64,000 bases of DNA from an uncultured Erythrobacter sp. GTDB lineage: Bacteria; Pseudomonadota; Alphaproteobacteria; Sphingomonadales; Sphingomonadaceae. The position numbers and the translations under genes were made by a program. The DNA lies in NCBI GenBank assembly GCA_947488755.1, contig CANLAD010000001.1, forward strand, positions 198,247-262,246, in the 5' to 3' direction. The first letter of the stretch is position 1. The number at the start of each line of letters is the position of its first letter. The notes beneath the pieces were generated by a model that saw nothing but the letters and a program-made list of their open reading frames with translations, was not told where the DNA came from and searched no databases. Shown here piece after piece: positions 8,070 to 15,583 of this stretch.

Positions 8070-8431
8070 AGATTCTGCTCCTTCCCATCGTCTTCGGAGG
8101 TCAGCGCCGTCCCGCCGTCCTTGGCGGAGCCGTTGGGCACTCTAAGTGCTTCGATCTCGGCGGCAATCCGGGCACGCTCGCGCGCGTCCTCGCTGTTGGT
8201 GTCCGTCGCGATCCGCTCGAGCACTTGAAGCCGCTCGCGCAATTGTTCGATCTCGCGCCGGGTTTCCTCGGCCTCGGCTTCGGCACGGGCCTGCGTTTCC
8301 GGCGATATCTCGGGCTTGTTGAAGACCTCGTTCCCGCGATTGTCGGTCGTGATCCCTGCTCGCGCCTTGGCGAGTTGCACGATGCCCCAGACCACGATCG
8401 CGATGATGGCGACGAGAGCCCAGCCGCTCAT
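8066..8431 (-). CDS. Psp-zipper paralog 4 (PspB/PspC-tail-like single-pass membrane protein)
   Basis: 121 aa from ATG 8431, which overlaps the paralog-3 stop (TGATG); the ORF track starts one codon earlier at TTG 8434. TM helix GWALVAIIAIVVWGIVQLA. Motif LRERLQVLERIATDTNSEDARERARIAAEIEALR. Confidence 0.7.
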   Translation of the reverse strand: MSGWALVAIIAIVVWGIVQLAKARAGITTDNRGNEVFNKPEISPETQARAEAEAEETRREIEQLRERLQVLERIATDTNSEDARERARIAAEIEALRVPNGSAKDGGTALTSEDDGKEQNL

Positions 8432-8697
8432 CAAGCGGTCTCCCGATTTGTCTGGTTTGGTCCTTGACGCAGGCTCTCGATTTCCTCCGCCAGATCCGCC
8501 GATCGATCGGTCGCTATGCGCTCCAGAACGCGGACCCGGTCTTCAAGGTCGGCGGGTTTGCTGGGAGGCCGTGCCTTCTGCCCCTTCGCTGCGGATCGGC
8601 GGCGCAGCAGGAGATAACCGCCCGCGCCGCCGACCAGCGCAGCCAGAGCCGCGATCTGCAGGGCGTCCATGACGAGGCTCGTATCCGCGCTGAACAT
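8431..8697 (-). CDS. Psp-zipper paralog 3 (PspB/PspC-tail-like single-pass membrane protein)
   Basis: 88 aa. The ATG overlaps the paralog-2 stop (TGATG). TM helix ALQIAALAALVGGAGGYLLL. Motif LEDRVRVLERIATDRSADLAEEIESLR. Confidence 0.65.
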   Translation of the reverse strand: MFSADTSLVMDALQIAALAALVGGAGGYLLLRRRSAAKGQKARPPSKPADLEDRVRVLERIATDRSADLAEEIESLRQGPNQTNRETA

Positions 8698-9032
8698 CAG
8701 GCGGCGCCTTCTTCATTGCTGGTCGCCAGCGTCGGACGGCGCAGGTTCTCGATCTCGTGCCCCAGACCGTAACCGCTATCGGTGACGATCCGCTCCACGT
8801 TGGCGAGCCGGTCCTTGACCGAACCCAGCTCGGCGCGAAGCTCGGCGTTTTCCTGAGTGAGCAAAGCGACGCGCTGCTTCGCTTCATTGTCCGTCGTGGG
8901 CTTGATCTGCTGGCCCCACGACCCCTCCAGTGGATAGCCGTTCTTGACGCGAAGCCAGGTGGTGAAAACCCAGCCCGCGACGCCTGCAAGACCGACAGTC
9001 ATCAGCAATTCGGTGGTTACTAGTTCAAGCAT
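8697..9032 (-). CDS. Psp-zipper paralog 2 (PspB/PspC-tail-like single-pass membrane protein)
   Basis: 111 aa. The ATG overlaps the paralog-1 stop (TGATG). TM helix LLMTVGLAGVAGWVFTTWL. Motif VKDRLANVERIVTDSGYGLGHEIENLR. Confidence 0.7.
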   Translation of the reverse strand: MLELVTTELLMTVGLAGVAGWVFTTWLRVKNGYPLEGSWGQQIKPTTDNEAKQRVALLTQENAELRAELGSVKDRLANVERIVTDSGYGLGHEIENLRRPTLATSNEEGAA

Positions 9033-9346
9033 CAGACTTTCTCCTTGCTTGGCATGTCGAGTGGCACGCCTGCGCCCTGCTGTTCCACTTCGCGCGTGTC
9101 ACGCAGCGCTTCGATCTGGGTGGCGACGTCGTAACCGCGATCGGTGACGATGCGTTCTAGCACCTGCACGCGGTCCTCGAGCTGCTGGACCTGGTTGGCA
9201 TATTGCGCGGCTTTTTCGGCGGTGTGCTGTGCCGTCGCATCGGTTTTGATTTCGGCCATCTTCTGCTGGTGCTTAGCCCAGATGGCAACGACCGGTATGC
9301 TTACTCCGATGATCGGAATCATCAGCGCTAGAACTCCAGTGTCCAT
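9032..9346 (-). CDS. Psp-zipper paralog 1 (PspB/PspC-tail-like single-pass membrane protein)
   Basis: 104 aa. SD GAGGGGA lies upstream of ATG 9346, 26 nt after the pspC stop. TM helix GVLALMIPIIGVSIPVVAIWA. Motif LEDRVQVLERIVTDRGYDVATQIEALR. Confidence 0.7.
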   Translation of the reverse strand: MDTGVLALMIPIIGVSIPVVAIWAKHQQKMAEIKTDATAQHTAEKAAQYANQVQQLEDRVQVLERIVTDRGYDVATQIEALRDTREVEQQGAGVPLDMPSKEKV

Positions 9347-9372
9347 ATTATTTCCCCTCGTTTCGGCAGGCC

Positions 9373-9747
9373 TCAGCGCAGCTGTTCAATCTCGGCCGTC
9401 AGGCGCTGGTTGCTGCTGACGTAATAGGTTTCCACATCGGCCAGCCTGCGGTCGATATCGCGGAACCGGGCGCGGATTTCGCGGGCGGTGCGCTTCGGGC
9501 TTTGCCGCACGCTCTGCCAGTATTTCTGTTCGCCCGCGTCACGATAAAGATGCGGTGGCTTCTTGTTGAGTAGGAAGCCGGCGACGAAATAGGCGAGCAG
9601 CGGCCAGCCGAGCGCGATCGTGAGGCCGACGAGGCCGATCCGGATCCAGAACGCATCGACACCGGTATAGTCGGCAATCCCCGAACAGACGCCCATCAGC
9701 TTGGCATTGTGCTTGTCGCGGTAGAGGGTTGTGCGGGGGCTGTTCAT
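9373..9747 (-). CDS. pspC: envelope stress response membrane protein PspC
   Basis: 124 aa. The PspC domain is LYRDKHNAKLMGVCSGIADYTGVDAFWIRIGLV (compare E. coli GMVRGVCAGIANYLNVPVKLVRILVV). One TM helix. The zipper tail is IDRRLADVETYYVSSNQRLTAEIEQLR. The start overlaps the pspB stop (ATGA). Confidence 0.85.
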   Translation of the reverse strand: MNSPRTTLYRDKHNAKLMGVCSGIADYTGVDAFWIRIGLVGLTIALGWPLLAYFVAGFLLNKKPPHLYRDAGEQKYWQSVRQSPKRTAREIRARFRDIDRRLADVETYYVSSNQRLTAEIEQLR

Positions 9748-10052
9748 GCGGATGTTCCTTTCTTTTCGGCCATCAGCTTGTCGAGTTCGCGCAGCTGCTG
9801 GTTATCGGTTTCCTGGTCGGCCTGGAGGCGCTTGACCGGGGAGTAGGTCGGATCGTCGGCAGCGACGAGCCGCTCGACCGTGTCCATGCGTTCATCGAGC
9901 CGCTTGGCGAGGTTGTAGAGCTCTTCGAGCAGAACCTCGTCATCGGTGGTGATGGTCGCGGCGGTCTTCCATTTGGTGGTGTAGTGCAGGATCAGCCACG
10001 GCAAACCGATGAAAAGGGTGCCGACAATCAGCAGGGCGATAAATCCGTCCAT
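9744..10052 (-). CDS. pspB: envelope stress response membrane protein PspB
   Basis: 102 aa. FIGLPWLILHY compares with E. coli LPIWLWLHY. LAKRLDERMDTVERLVAADDP compares with E. coli AKRMRERIQALESILDAEHP. Confidence 0.8.
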   Translation of the reverse strand: MDGFIALLIVGTLFIGLPWLILHYTTKWKTAATITTDDEVLLEELYNLAKRLDERMDTVERLVAADDPTYSPVKRLQADQETDNQQLRELDKLMAEKKGTSA

Positions 10053-10055
10053 GGC

Positions 10056-10742
10056 TTATTCTCCCTTGTCCTGCTCGGGCTTGCCGAGCGCTTTTTTCAT
10101 CTGTTCGAGCTCGTCGTCGATCTGGTCCGACCCTTCGAGCGCGGCGATCTCGTCCGACAGGCTCGGCGGCGCGTCGGCTGCGATGTTCATCGCATCGGCA
10201 CGGCCCTCGGCGTAATCGACCCGGCGTTCGAGCTGGTCGAACCGGGACAGCGCCTCGTCGGTGCGTTCGGTGCTCATCAGCGTGCGCAGCTTGACGCGGT
10301 TTTCCGCGCTTTCGAGCCGCGCGGCGATTGCACTCTGGCGGCTGCGTGCCTCGCGCAGGCGATGCTGCAGCTTCTGGATGTCGTCCTCGTACGCGCGCAG
10401 CGCATCGTCGAGCACGGCGATTTCGGTCTTGAGCTGGTCGCCCATCTCCGCCGCCTTCTTCTTCTCGACCAGAGCCGCACGGGCGAGGTCTTCGCGATCC
10501 TTCGACAGCGCGAGCTGCGCCTTCTCGCCCCAGTCGGCCTGGAGCTTGTCGAGCTTGACCACGTGGCGGTGCATCTCTTTCTGGTCGGCAATGGTGCGCG
10601 CCGCGCTGGCGCGGACTTCGACCAGCGTTTCCTCCATTTCGAGGATGATCATGCGGATCATCTTCGTGGGATCGTCTGCCTTGTCGAGCATGTCGTTGAA
10701 ATTGGCTGCGATAATGTCGCGGGTGCGACTGAAAATGCCCAT
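10056..10742 (-). CDS. pspA: phage shock protein A
   Basis: 228 aa from ATG 10742, with GGAG about 10 nt upstream. MGIFSRTRDIIAANFNDMLDKADDPTKMIRMIILEMEETLVEVR is nearly colinear with E. coli PspA ([44 protein letters not shown]). The ORF track extends 72 codons further upstream (see findings). Confidence 0.9.
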   Translation of the reverse strand: MGIFSRTRDIIAANFNDMLDKADDPTKMIRMIILEMEETLVEVRASAARTIADQKEMHRHVVKLDKLQADWGEKAQLALSKDREDLARAALVEKKKAAEMGDQLKTEIAVLDDALRAYEDDIQKLQHRLREARSRQSAIAARLESAENRVKLRTLMSTERTDEALSRFDQLERRVDYAEGRADAMNIAADAPPSLSDEIAALEGSDQIDDELEQMKKALGKPEQDKGE

Positions 10743-10966
10743 GAAGGCTACTCCGTCGAGAAAAGGGTTGGTGTCGGATTGGCGGGAAGTTTTTTCTTCG
10801 CTGCGACGCTCGCTGCCCTGAGCGCGACCCTGTGTCCGCGACTGGGTCGGCGTGGGGCTGCGACGAAGCGCCTCGATTTCCTCATCCAGCCGCGAAAGCG
10901 CGCGTTTCGGCGGGCTCTTGCGCTCGGGGCCGAGGGGGTCGTTATCCTGTTTGCTCACGACCCGTC

Positions 10967-11134
10967 TCAGGCCAGTTCAAGCGTGAAGGCGGGTTGGTCG
11001 ATCGTCGTCGCCACTCCAACCATCGGAGCATCGAGCGTCATCTGGGTCGACAATGCGATCATCGCTGTCATCGCGGCAATGCTGGCGAGCGAAGCGCGGT
11101 CCAGCTTGGTAGCGAAGAAGTTGCGGTTGTACAT
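10967..11134 (-). CDS. small hydrophobic protein, first ORF downstream of the sigma54 psp promoter (hypothetical, 55 aa)
   Basis: ATG 11134 is preceded by SD GAGAGGA. Sequence: MYNRNFFATKLDRASLASIAAMTAMIALSTQMTLDAPMVGVATTIDQPAFTLELA. G/C at codon position 3 is about 78 percent by my hand count. It lies about 40 nt downstream of the -12 element. Confidence 0.5.
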   Translation of the reverse strand: MYNRNFFATKLDRASLASIAAMTAMIALSTQMTLDAPMVGVATTIDQPAFTLELA

Positions 11135-11179
11135 GATCGGTCCTCTCAACAGGGTCGGTGCGTGTATTGCCCTTCATTC

Positions 11180-11195
11180 TGCAACCAGCGTGCCA
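11180..11195 (-). promoter_or_regulatory. sigma54 (-24/-12) promoter of the psp operon
   Basis: The minus strand reads TGGCACGCTGGTTGCA, a full match to TGGCAC-N5-TTGCA. It is about 100 bp from the divergent pspF start, and GCAAT/ATTGC repeats (11211-11275) lie between them as possible activator sites. Confidence 0.8.
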
Positions 11196-11295
11196 AACCT
11201 GAGATGCCCCGCAATTCCGCGATATTACCGGCTCACAGTCATTATCGCAATGGGATCTATTGCCAAACATTGGGATTTTTCACTATAACGTGGTC

Positions 11296-12342
11296 ATGGA
11301 GCGCGAAAACCAGTTCATCGGGCAATCCGGGGCCTTTCTCGATGCAGTCGAGCGCACCTCTAAAGCTGCGCCGTTGAGCCGTCCCGTACTCGTCATCGGC
11401 GAGCGCGGCACCGGCAAGGAACTGATCGCCGAGCGTCTCCACCGCCTCTCGACCCGCTGGGACGAGCCGTTGGTGACGATGAACTGCGCGGCTTTGCCCG
11501 AAACGCTGATCGAAGCCGAGCTGTTCGGGCACGAGGCCGGAGCCTTTACCGGTGCTACCAAATCGCGCGCCGGTCGGTTCGAGGAAGCCGACAAGGGGAC
11601 GTTATTTCTCGACGAACTGGGCACTTTGTCGATGGGGGCGCAGGAGCGGCTGTTGCGTGCGGTCGAATACGGCGAGGTAACGCGAATCGGTGCATCGCGA
11701 CCGATCCGGGTCGACGTGCGGATCGTCGCCGCCACGAATGACGACCTGCCCGCGCTCGCCAAGAGCGGCGAATTTCGCGCCGACCTGCTCGACCGCCTGA
11801 GCTTTGAAGTCATCACCCTGCCGCCGCTGCGCGTGCGCGAAGGCGACGTCGGCGTGCTGGCGGAGCATTTCGCGCGGCGCATGGCGGCCGAGCTGGACTG
11901 GCCCGCCTGGCCCGGTTTTGCATCGCATGTAATGGACAGCCTCGAAAACCATCCCTGGCCGGGCAATGTGCGCGAGCTTCGCAATGTGGTCGAGCGCGCG
12001 GTCTATCGCTGGGACGATCCCGAAACGCCGATCGCGCATGTCCAGTTCGACCCCTTCGATAGTCCGTGGAAGCCGAGCAAGCCTTCGCATCGCCGCTCCG
12101 ATTCTCCCGCACCCGCTGCCAACGCTCCCGAAGCGGCGGACTTCGCATCAACCGCACCGTGCTTTGATGAGATCGAAGACCTGCGCGCCGCGGTTGATGC
12201 GCACGAACGCGCCATCGTCGAGCACGCGCTGGGCAAGCATCGCTGGAACCAGCGCCAGACCGCCAAGGCGCTGGGCCTCAGCTACGATCAGCTGCGCCAT
12301 TGCATCAAGAAACACGCGCTGATGGAGGAAACGGCGGACTAG
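11296..12342 (+). CDS. pspF: sigma54-dependent transcriptional activator PspF
   Basis: 348 aa from MERENQFIGQSG. There is no N-terminal receiver or sensor domain. Colinear with E. coli PspF: PVLVIGERGTGKELIAERLH, the GAFTGA loop (GHEAGAFTGA), GTLFLDELG, WPGNVRELRNVVERAVYR, and a C-terminal HTH (QRQTAKALGLSYDQLRHCIKKH). Confidence 0.9.
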   Translation: MERENQFIGQSGAFLDAVERTSKAAPLSRPVLVIGERGTGKELIAERLHRLSTRWDEPLVTMNCAALPETLIEAELFGHEAGAFTGATKSRAGRFEEADKGTLFLDELGTLSMGAQERLLRAVEYGEVTRIGASRPIRVDVRIVAATNDDLPALAKSGEFRADLLDRLSFEVITLPPLRVREGDVGVLAEHFARRMAAELDWPAWPGFASHVMDSLENHPWPGNVRELRNVVERAVYRWDDPETPIAHVQFDPFDSPWKPSKPSHRRSDSPAPAANAPEAADFASTAPCFDEIEDLRAAVDAHERAIVEHALGKHRWNQRQTAKALGLSYDQLRHCIKKHALMEETAD

Positions 12343-12472
12343 CCTCTTGCGCTTCGCGGCGCGCTCGCCTACTTCCCTCATATCACGACATCGTCGAGAT
12401 TTCGAAGCGCTGGCGCCGCGAGGGGCCGGCCCCAATCGGCTTTGTCACACGAATGCTTTAAGCAAGGACCGC

Positions 12473-13054
12473 ATGACCGATATCGCGCGCATCACCGAAG
12501 TTATCGAACCTGAAGCGCAGGCGCTGGGTTTCGAGCTGGTGCGCGTGAAGATGATGCCGTCCGAAGCGGGTGACGGCGGGCAGGCGCTGCAGATCATGGC
12601 GGAAGATCCCGCGACCGGGCAGCTTGTGATCGAGCAATGCGCGCAGCTGTCGCGCCGCGTTTCCGATGCGATCGACTCTCGCGAGGAATCTGGCGAAACC
12701 CTGATTGAGGGGGCCTACCACCTCGAAGTGTCCTCGCCCGGCATCGACCGTCCGCTGACGCGCGACAAGGACTTTGCCCGATGGGCCGGGCACGAAGCGC
12801 GGATCGTCATGGTCAAGGGTTTTGAAGGCCAGCGAACCTATACCGGCGAGCTCAAGGGCATGGAGGACGGTCTGGTCGTTATCGACAATCCCGAAGCTGG
12901 CGAGGCGCGCCTCCCAAAGGACCAGATCCACAACGCGAAGCTCATCCTGACCGATGCGCTGATCGCGGCCACGCAACCGATCGACACCACCGGTGCCGAC
13001 GACATCGTCGAAGATACTGAAACAGACGACCAAGAAGAAAAGGCAGACAACTGA
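12473..13054 (+). CDS. rimP: ribosome maturation factor RimP
   Basis: 193 aa from MTDIARITEVIEPEAQALGFELVRV. The stop overlaps the nusA ATG (TGATG). Confidence 0.9.
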   Translation: MTDIARITEVIEPEAQALGFELVRVKMMPSEAGDGGQALQIMAEDPATGQLVIEQCAQLSRRVSDAIDSREESGETLIEGAYHLEVSSPGIDRPLTRDKDFARWAGHEARIVMVKGFEGQRTYTGELKGMEDGLVVIDNPEAGEARLPKDQIHNAKLILTDALIAATQPIDTTGADDIVEDTETDDQEEKADN

Positions 13055-14796
13055 TGGCCAGTGCCATTTCCGCCAACAAGGCTGAATTGCTCGCAATCGC
13101 GAATTCCGTCGCGTCCGAGAAGATGATCGACAAGTCCATCGTCATCGAGGCGATGGAGGAGGCGATCCAGAAATCGGCGCGCAATCGCTACGGCGCGGAA
13201 AACGACATTCGCGCGAAACTCGATCCGCAGACCGGCGATCTGACGCTGTGGCGCGTGGTCGAGGTGGTCGATGAGGTCGAGGATTACTTCAAGCAGGTCG
13301 ATCTCAAACAGGCGCAGAAATTGCAGGACGGTGCCGCAGTTGGAGACTTCATCGTCGATCCGCTGCCTCCGGTCGATCTGGGCCGCATCGACGCGCAGAG
13401 CGCGAAGCAGGTGATCTTCCAGAAGGTCCGCGATGCCGAGCGCGAACGCCAGTTCGAAGAGTTCAAGGATCGCGCCGGCGAAATCATCACCGGCGTCATC
13501 AAGTCGGTCGAATTCGGCCATGTGATCGTCAATCTCGGCCGGGCCGAAGGCGTCATCCGCCGCGATCAGCAGATTCCGCGTGAGGCTGCGCGTGTCGGCG
13601 AACGTGTCCGCGCGCTCATCACCAAGGTGGAGCGCAACAATCGCGGGCCGCAGATCTTCCTCAGCCGCGCCGCGCCCGATTTCATGCGCAAGCTGTTCGC
13701 GCAGGAAGTGCCCGAAATCTATGACGGCATCATCGAGCTCAAGGCCGCCGCGCGCGATCCTGGCAGCCGCGCAAAAATCGGCGTGATCAGCCACGATTCC
13801 AGCATCGATCCAGTCGGCGCCTGCGTCGGCATGAAGGGCAGCCGCGTGCAGGCCGTGGTGCAGGAATTGCAGGGCGAGAAGATCGACATCATCCCCTGGT
13901 CGGAAGACACCGCCACCTTCGTCGTCAACGCGCTCCAGCCCGCCACCGTCGCGCGCGTCGTGCTTGACGAGGACGAGGCGCGGATCGAAGTCGTCGTGCC
14001 TGACGATCAGCTCAGCCTCGCGATTGGTCGCCGCGGTCAGAACGTGCGGCTCGCCAGCCAGCTTACCGGTCACCAGATCGACATCATGACCGAGGAAGAG
14101 GCGAGCGAGAAGCGCTCCAAGGAATTCGCCGAACGCTCCAAGATGTTCGAGGAAGAACTCGACGTCGACGAGACGCTCTCGCAGTTGCTGGTTGCCGAAG
14201 GCTTCGCCGAGCTGGAAGAGGTCGCCTATGTCGAGCTCGCCGAGCTCGCAGCGATTGAAGGGTTCGACGAGGAGCTTGCCGAAGAGCTTCAGAGCCGCGC
14301 AATCGAAGCGCTCGATCGGCAGGAGGAGGCGCACCGCGCCACCCGTCGCGAACTGGGCGTCGAGGACGACCTCGCCGAACTCCCGCATCTCAGCGAAGCG
14401 ATGCTGGTCACGCTGGGCAAGGGCGGCATCAAGACGCTCGACGATCTGGCCGATCTTGCGACCGATGAGCTGATCGCCAAGAAGCGTGAAGCTCCGCGCC
14501 GCCGCAACAACTCGCCCGATGGACCGCCGATGCGCCGTCCACAGCGCGAGCAGGACAAGGGCGGCGTTCTGGGCGAATACGGCCTGACCGAAGAGCAGGG
14601 CAACGAGATCATCATGGCCGCCCGCGCGCACTGGTTCGAAGACGAAGAGCCGCAGGCGGCTTCGTCAGGATCGGATACCGAAGAGCCGCAGGCGGCTTCG
14701 TCAGGATCGGATACCGAAGAGCCGCAGGCGGCGCAAGAAGAGGCTCCCGCTAAGGAGCAGACTCAGGAGGCCGCCGATGCGGACTCCACCCAATGA
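13054..14796 (+). CDS. nusA: transcription termination/antitermination factor NusA
   Basis: 580 aa. Contains N-terminal, S1 and two KH regions (GACVGMKGSRVQAVVQELQGEKIDII; LAIGRRGQNVRLASQLTG), C-terminal HhH repeats, and an acidic tail with a tandem repeat. Confidence 0.95.
   Translation: MASAISANKAELLAIANSVASEKMIDKSIVIEAMEEAIQKSARNRYGAENDIRAKLDPQTGDLTLWRVVEVVDEVEDYFKQVDLKQAQKLQDGAAVGDFIVDPLPPVDLGRIDAQSAKQVIFQKVRDAERERQFEEFKDRAGEIITGVIKSVEFGHVIVNLGRAEGVIRRDQQIPREAARVGERVRALITKVERNNRGPQIFLSRAAPDFMRKLFAQEVPEIYDGIIELKAAARDPGSRAKIGVISHDSSIDPVGACVGMKGSRVQAVVQELQGEKIDIIPWSEDTATFVVNALQPATVARVVLDEDEARIEVVVPDDQLSLAIGRRGQNVRLASQLTGHQIDIMTEEEASEKRSKEFAERSKMFEEELDVDETLSQLLVAEGFAELEEVAYVELAELAAIEGFDEELAEELQSRAIEALDRQEEAHRATRRELGVEDDLAELPHLSEAMLVTLGKGGIKTLDDLADLATDELIAKKREAPRRRNNSPDGPPMRRPQREQDKGGVLGEYGLTEEQGNEIIMAARAHWFEDEEPQAASSGSDTEEPQAASSGSDTEEPQAAQEEAPAKEQTQEAADADSTQ
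14644..14732 (+). repeat. 36-bp perfect tandem repeat, about 2.5 copies, in frame within nusA
   Basis: GAAGAGCCGCAGGCGGCTTCGTCAGGATCGGATACC occurs at 14644-14679 and 14680-14715, with a 17-nt partial third copy to 14732. It encodes EEPQAASSGSDT twice, then EEPQAA. Confidence 0.95.
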
Positions 14797-15496
14797 TCGC
14801 CTGACGTCCGACATCGCCGAACGCACGCCTCCCGCGAAGCCGAGCGCTTCCGGGAGCGAGCGACGCTGCGTGCTGTGCGGGGAGAGCTTCCCGCGCGAGA
14901 CGCTGATCCGGCTCGCCGTTTCGCCCGAAGGCCAGGTGCTGCCCGATGCTGCGGGCAAGGCACCCGGACGCGGCGCATGGATCGCGCCCGACCGCACCGC
15001 TCTTGAAGCGGCGATGGCCGATGGCCATCTCAAACGTGCGTTGATGCGCGCGTTCAAAGGCGGGCCGGAAGGCGTGACGCTGTCCTGGGCCGATGATCTT
15101 CCCGATCAGATCGAGGCCGCGCTGAAGCGCAACTTGCTCGATCGTCTGGGGCTTGAACTGCGCGGTGGGAGTATCGTGCTGGGGTCCGCGCGGATCGAAG
15201 AGCAGGCGCGCACTGGTCGGATCGCTTTGCTGTTGCATGCAAACGACAGCAGCGAGGACGGGCGCAAGAAGCTCGACCAGGCGTGGCGCGTGGGTACTGA
15301 TTCTCAGGGGTCAGGCGCGCGCGGCACCGTCTTGCCACTGGACCGGGCGGCGCTGTCTGTGGCATTGGGCCGCGACAACGTCGTCCATCTGGGCGTATCC
15401 GGCGCGGGCGGCACGGTGGCAGGTTCCTCCGCCGCGAGCGAACGGATCGGACACGCGGTGACACGCCTATCGCGTTTCGCAGGTGGCGATCCCTGA
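14777..15496 (+). CDS. YlxR/DUF448 RNA-binding protein with C-terminal L7Ae/YlxQ-like region
   Basis: 239 aa. RRCVLCGESFPRETLIRLAV...GRGAWI is the YlxR signature. It occupies the canonical slot between nusA and infB. The ATG overlaps the nusA 3' end by 20 nt. Confidence 0.8.
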   Translation: MRTPPNDRLTSDIAERTPPAKPSASGSERRCVLCGESFPRETLIRLAVSPEGQVLPDAAGKAPGRGAWIAPDRTALEAAMADGHLKRALMRAFKGGPEGVTLSWADDLPDQIEAALKRNLLDRLGLELRGGSIVLGSARIEEQARTGRIALLLHANDSSEDGRKKLDQAWRVGTDSQGSGARGTVLPLDRAALSVALGRDNVVHLGVSGAGGTVAGSSAASERIGHAVTRLSRFAGGDP

Positions 15497-15583
15497 CGAG
15501 CTAGGCCCCGGCCAAGATGACGACGACGCGCGGATTTCGCCAGCGCGACGACATGACGAATTTTGAAGGACTGACGAGCTATA

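Noticed and set aside
10056-10958. Treating the whole 300-aa ORF as PspA.
   Set aside because: PspA family proteins start at the MGIFSR amphipathic helix, and a good SD precedes ATG 10742. The extension is kept as a separate low-confidence finding rather than part of the call.
12838-14631. Very long antisense ORFs opposite housekeeping genes. Examples: 597 aa opposite nusA, 718 aa at 15467-17623 opposite infB, and 655 aa at 26690-28657 opposite pnp. Others: 520 aa at 58806-60368 opposite uvrB, 519 aa at 9729-11288 opposite pspA/B, and 629 aa at 47455-49344.
   Set aside because: These are typical high-GC artefacts, because stop codons are rare in alternative frames. The translations are Arg/Ala/Gly/Asp-rich with no recognisable motifs. 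The opposite-strand genes have unambiguous full-length homology.
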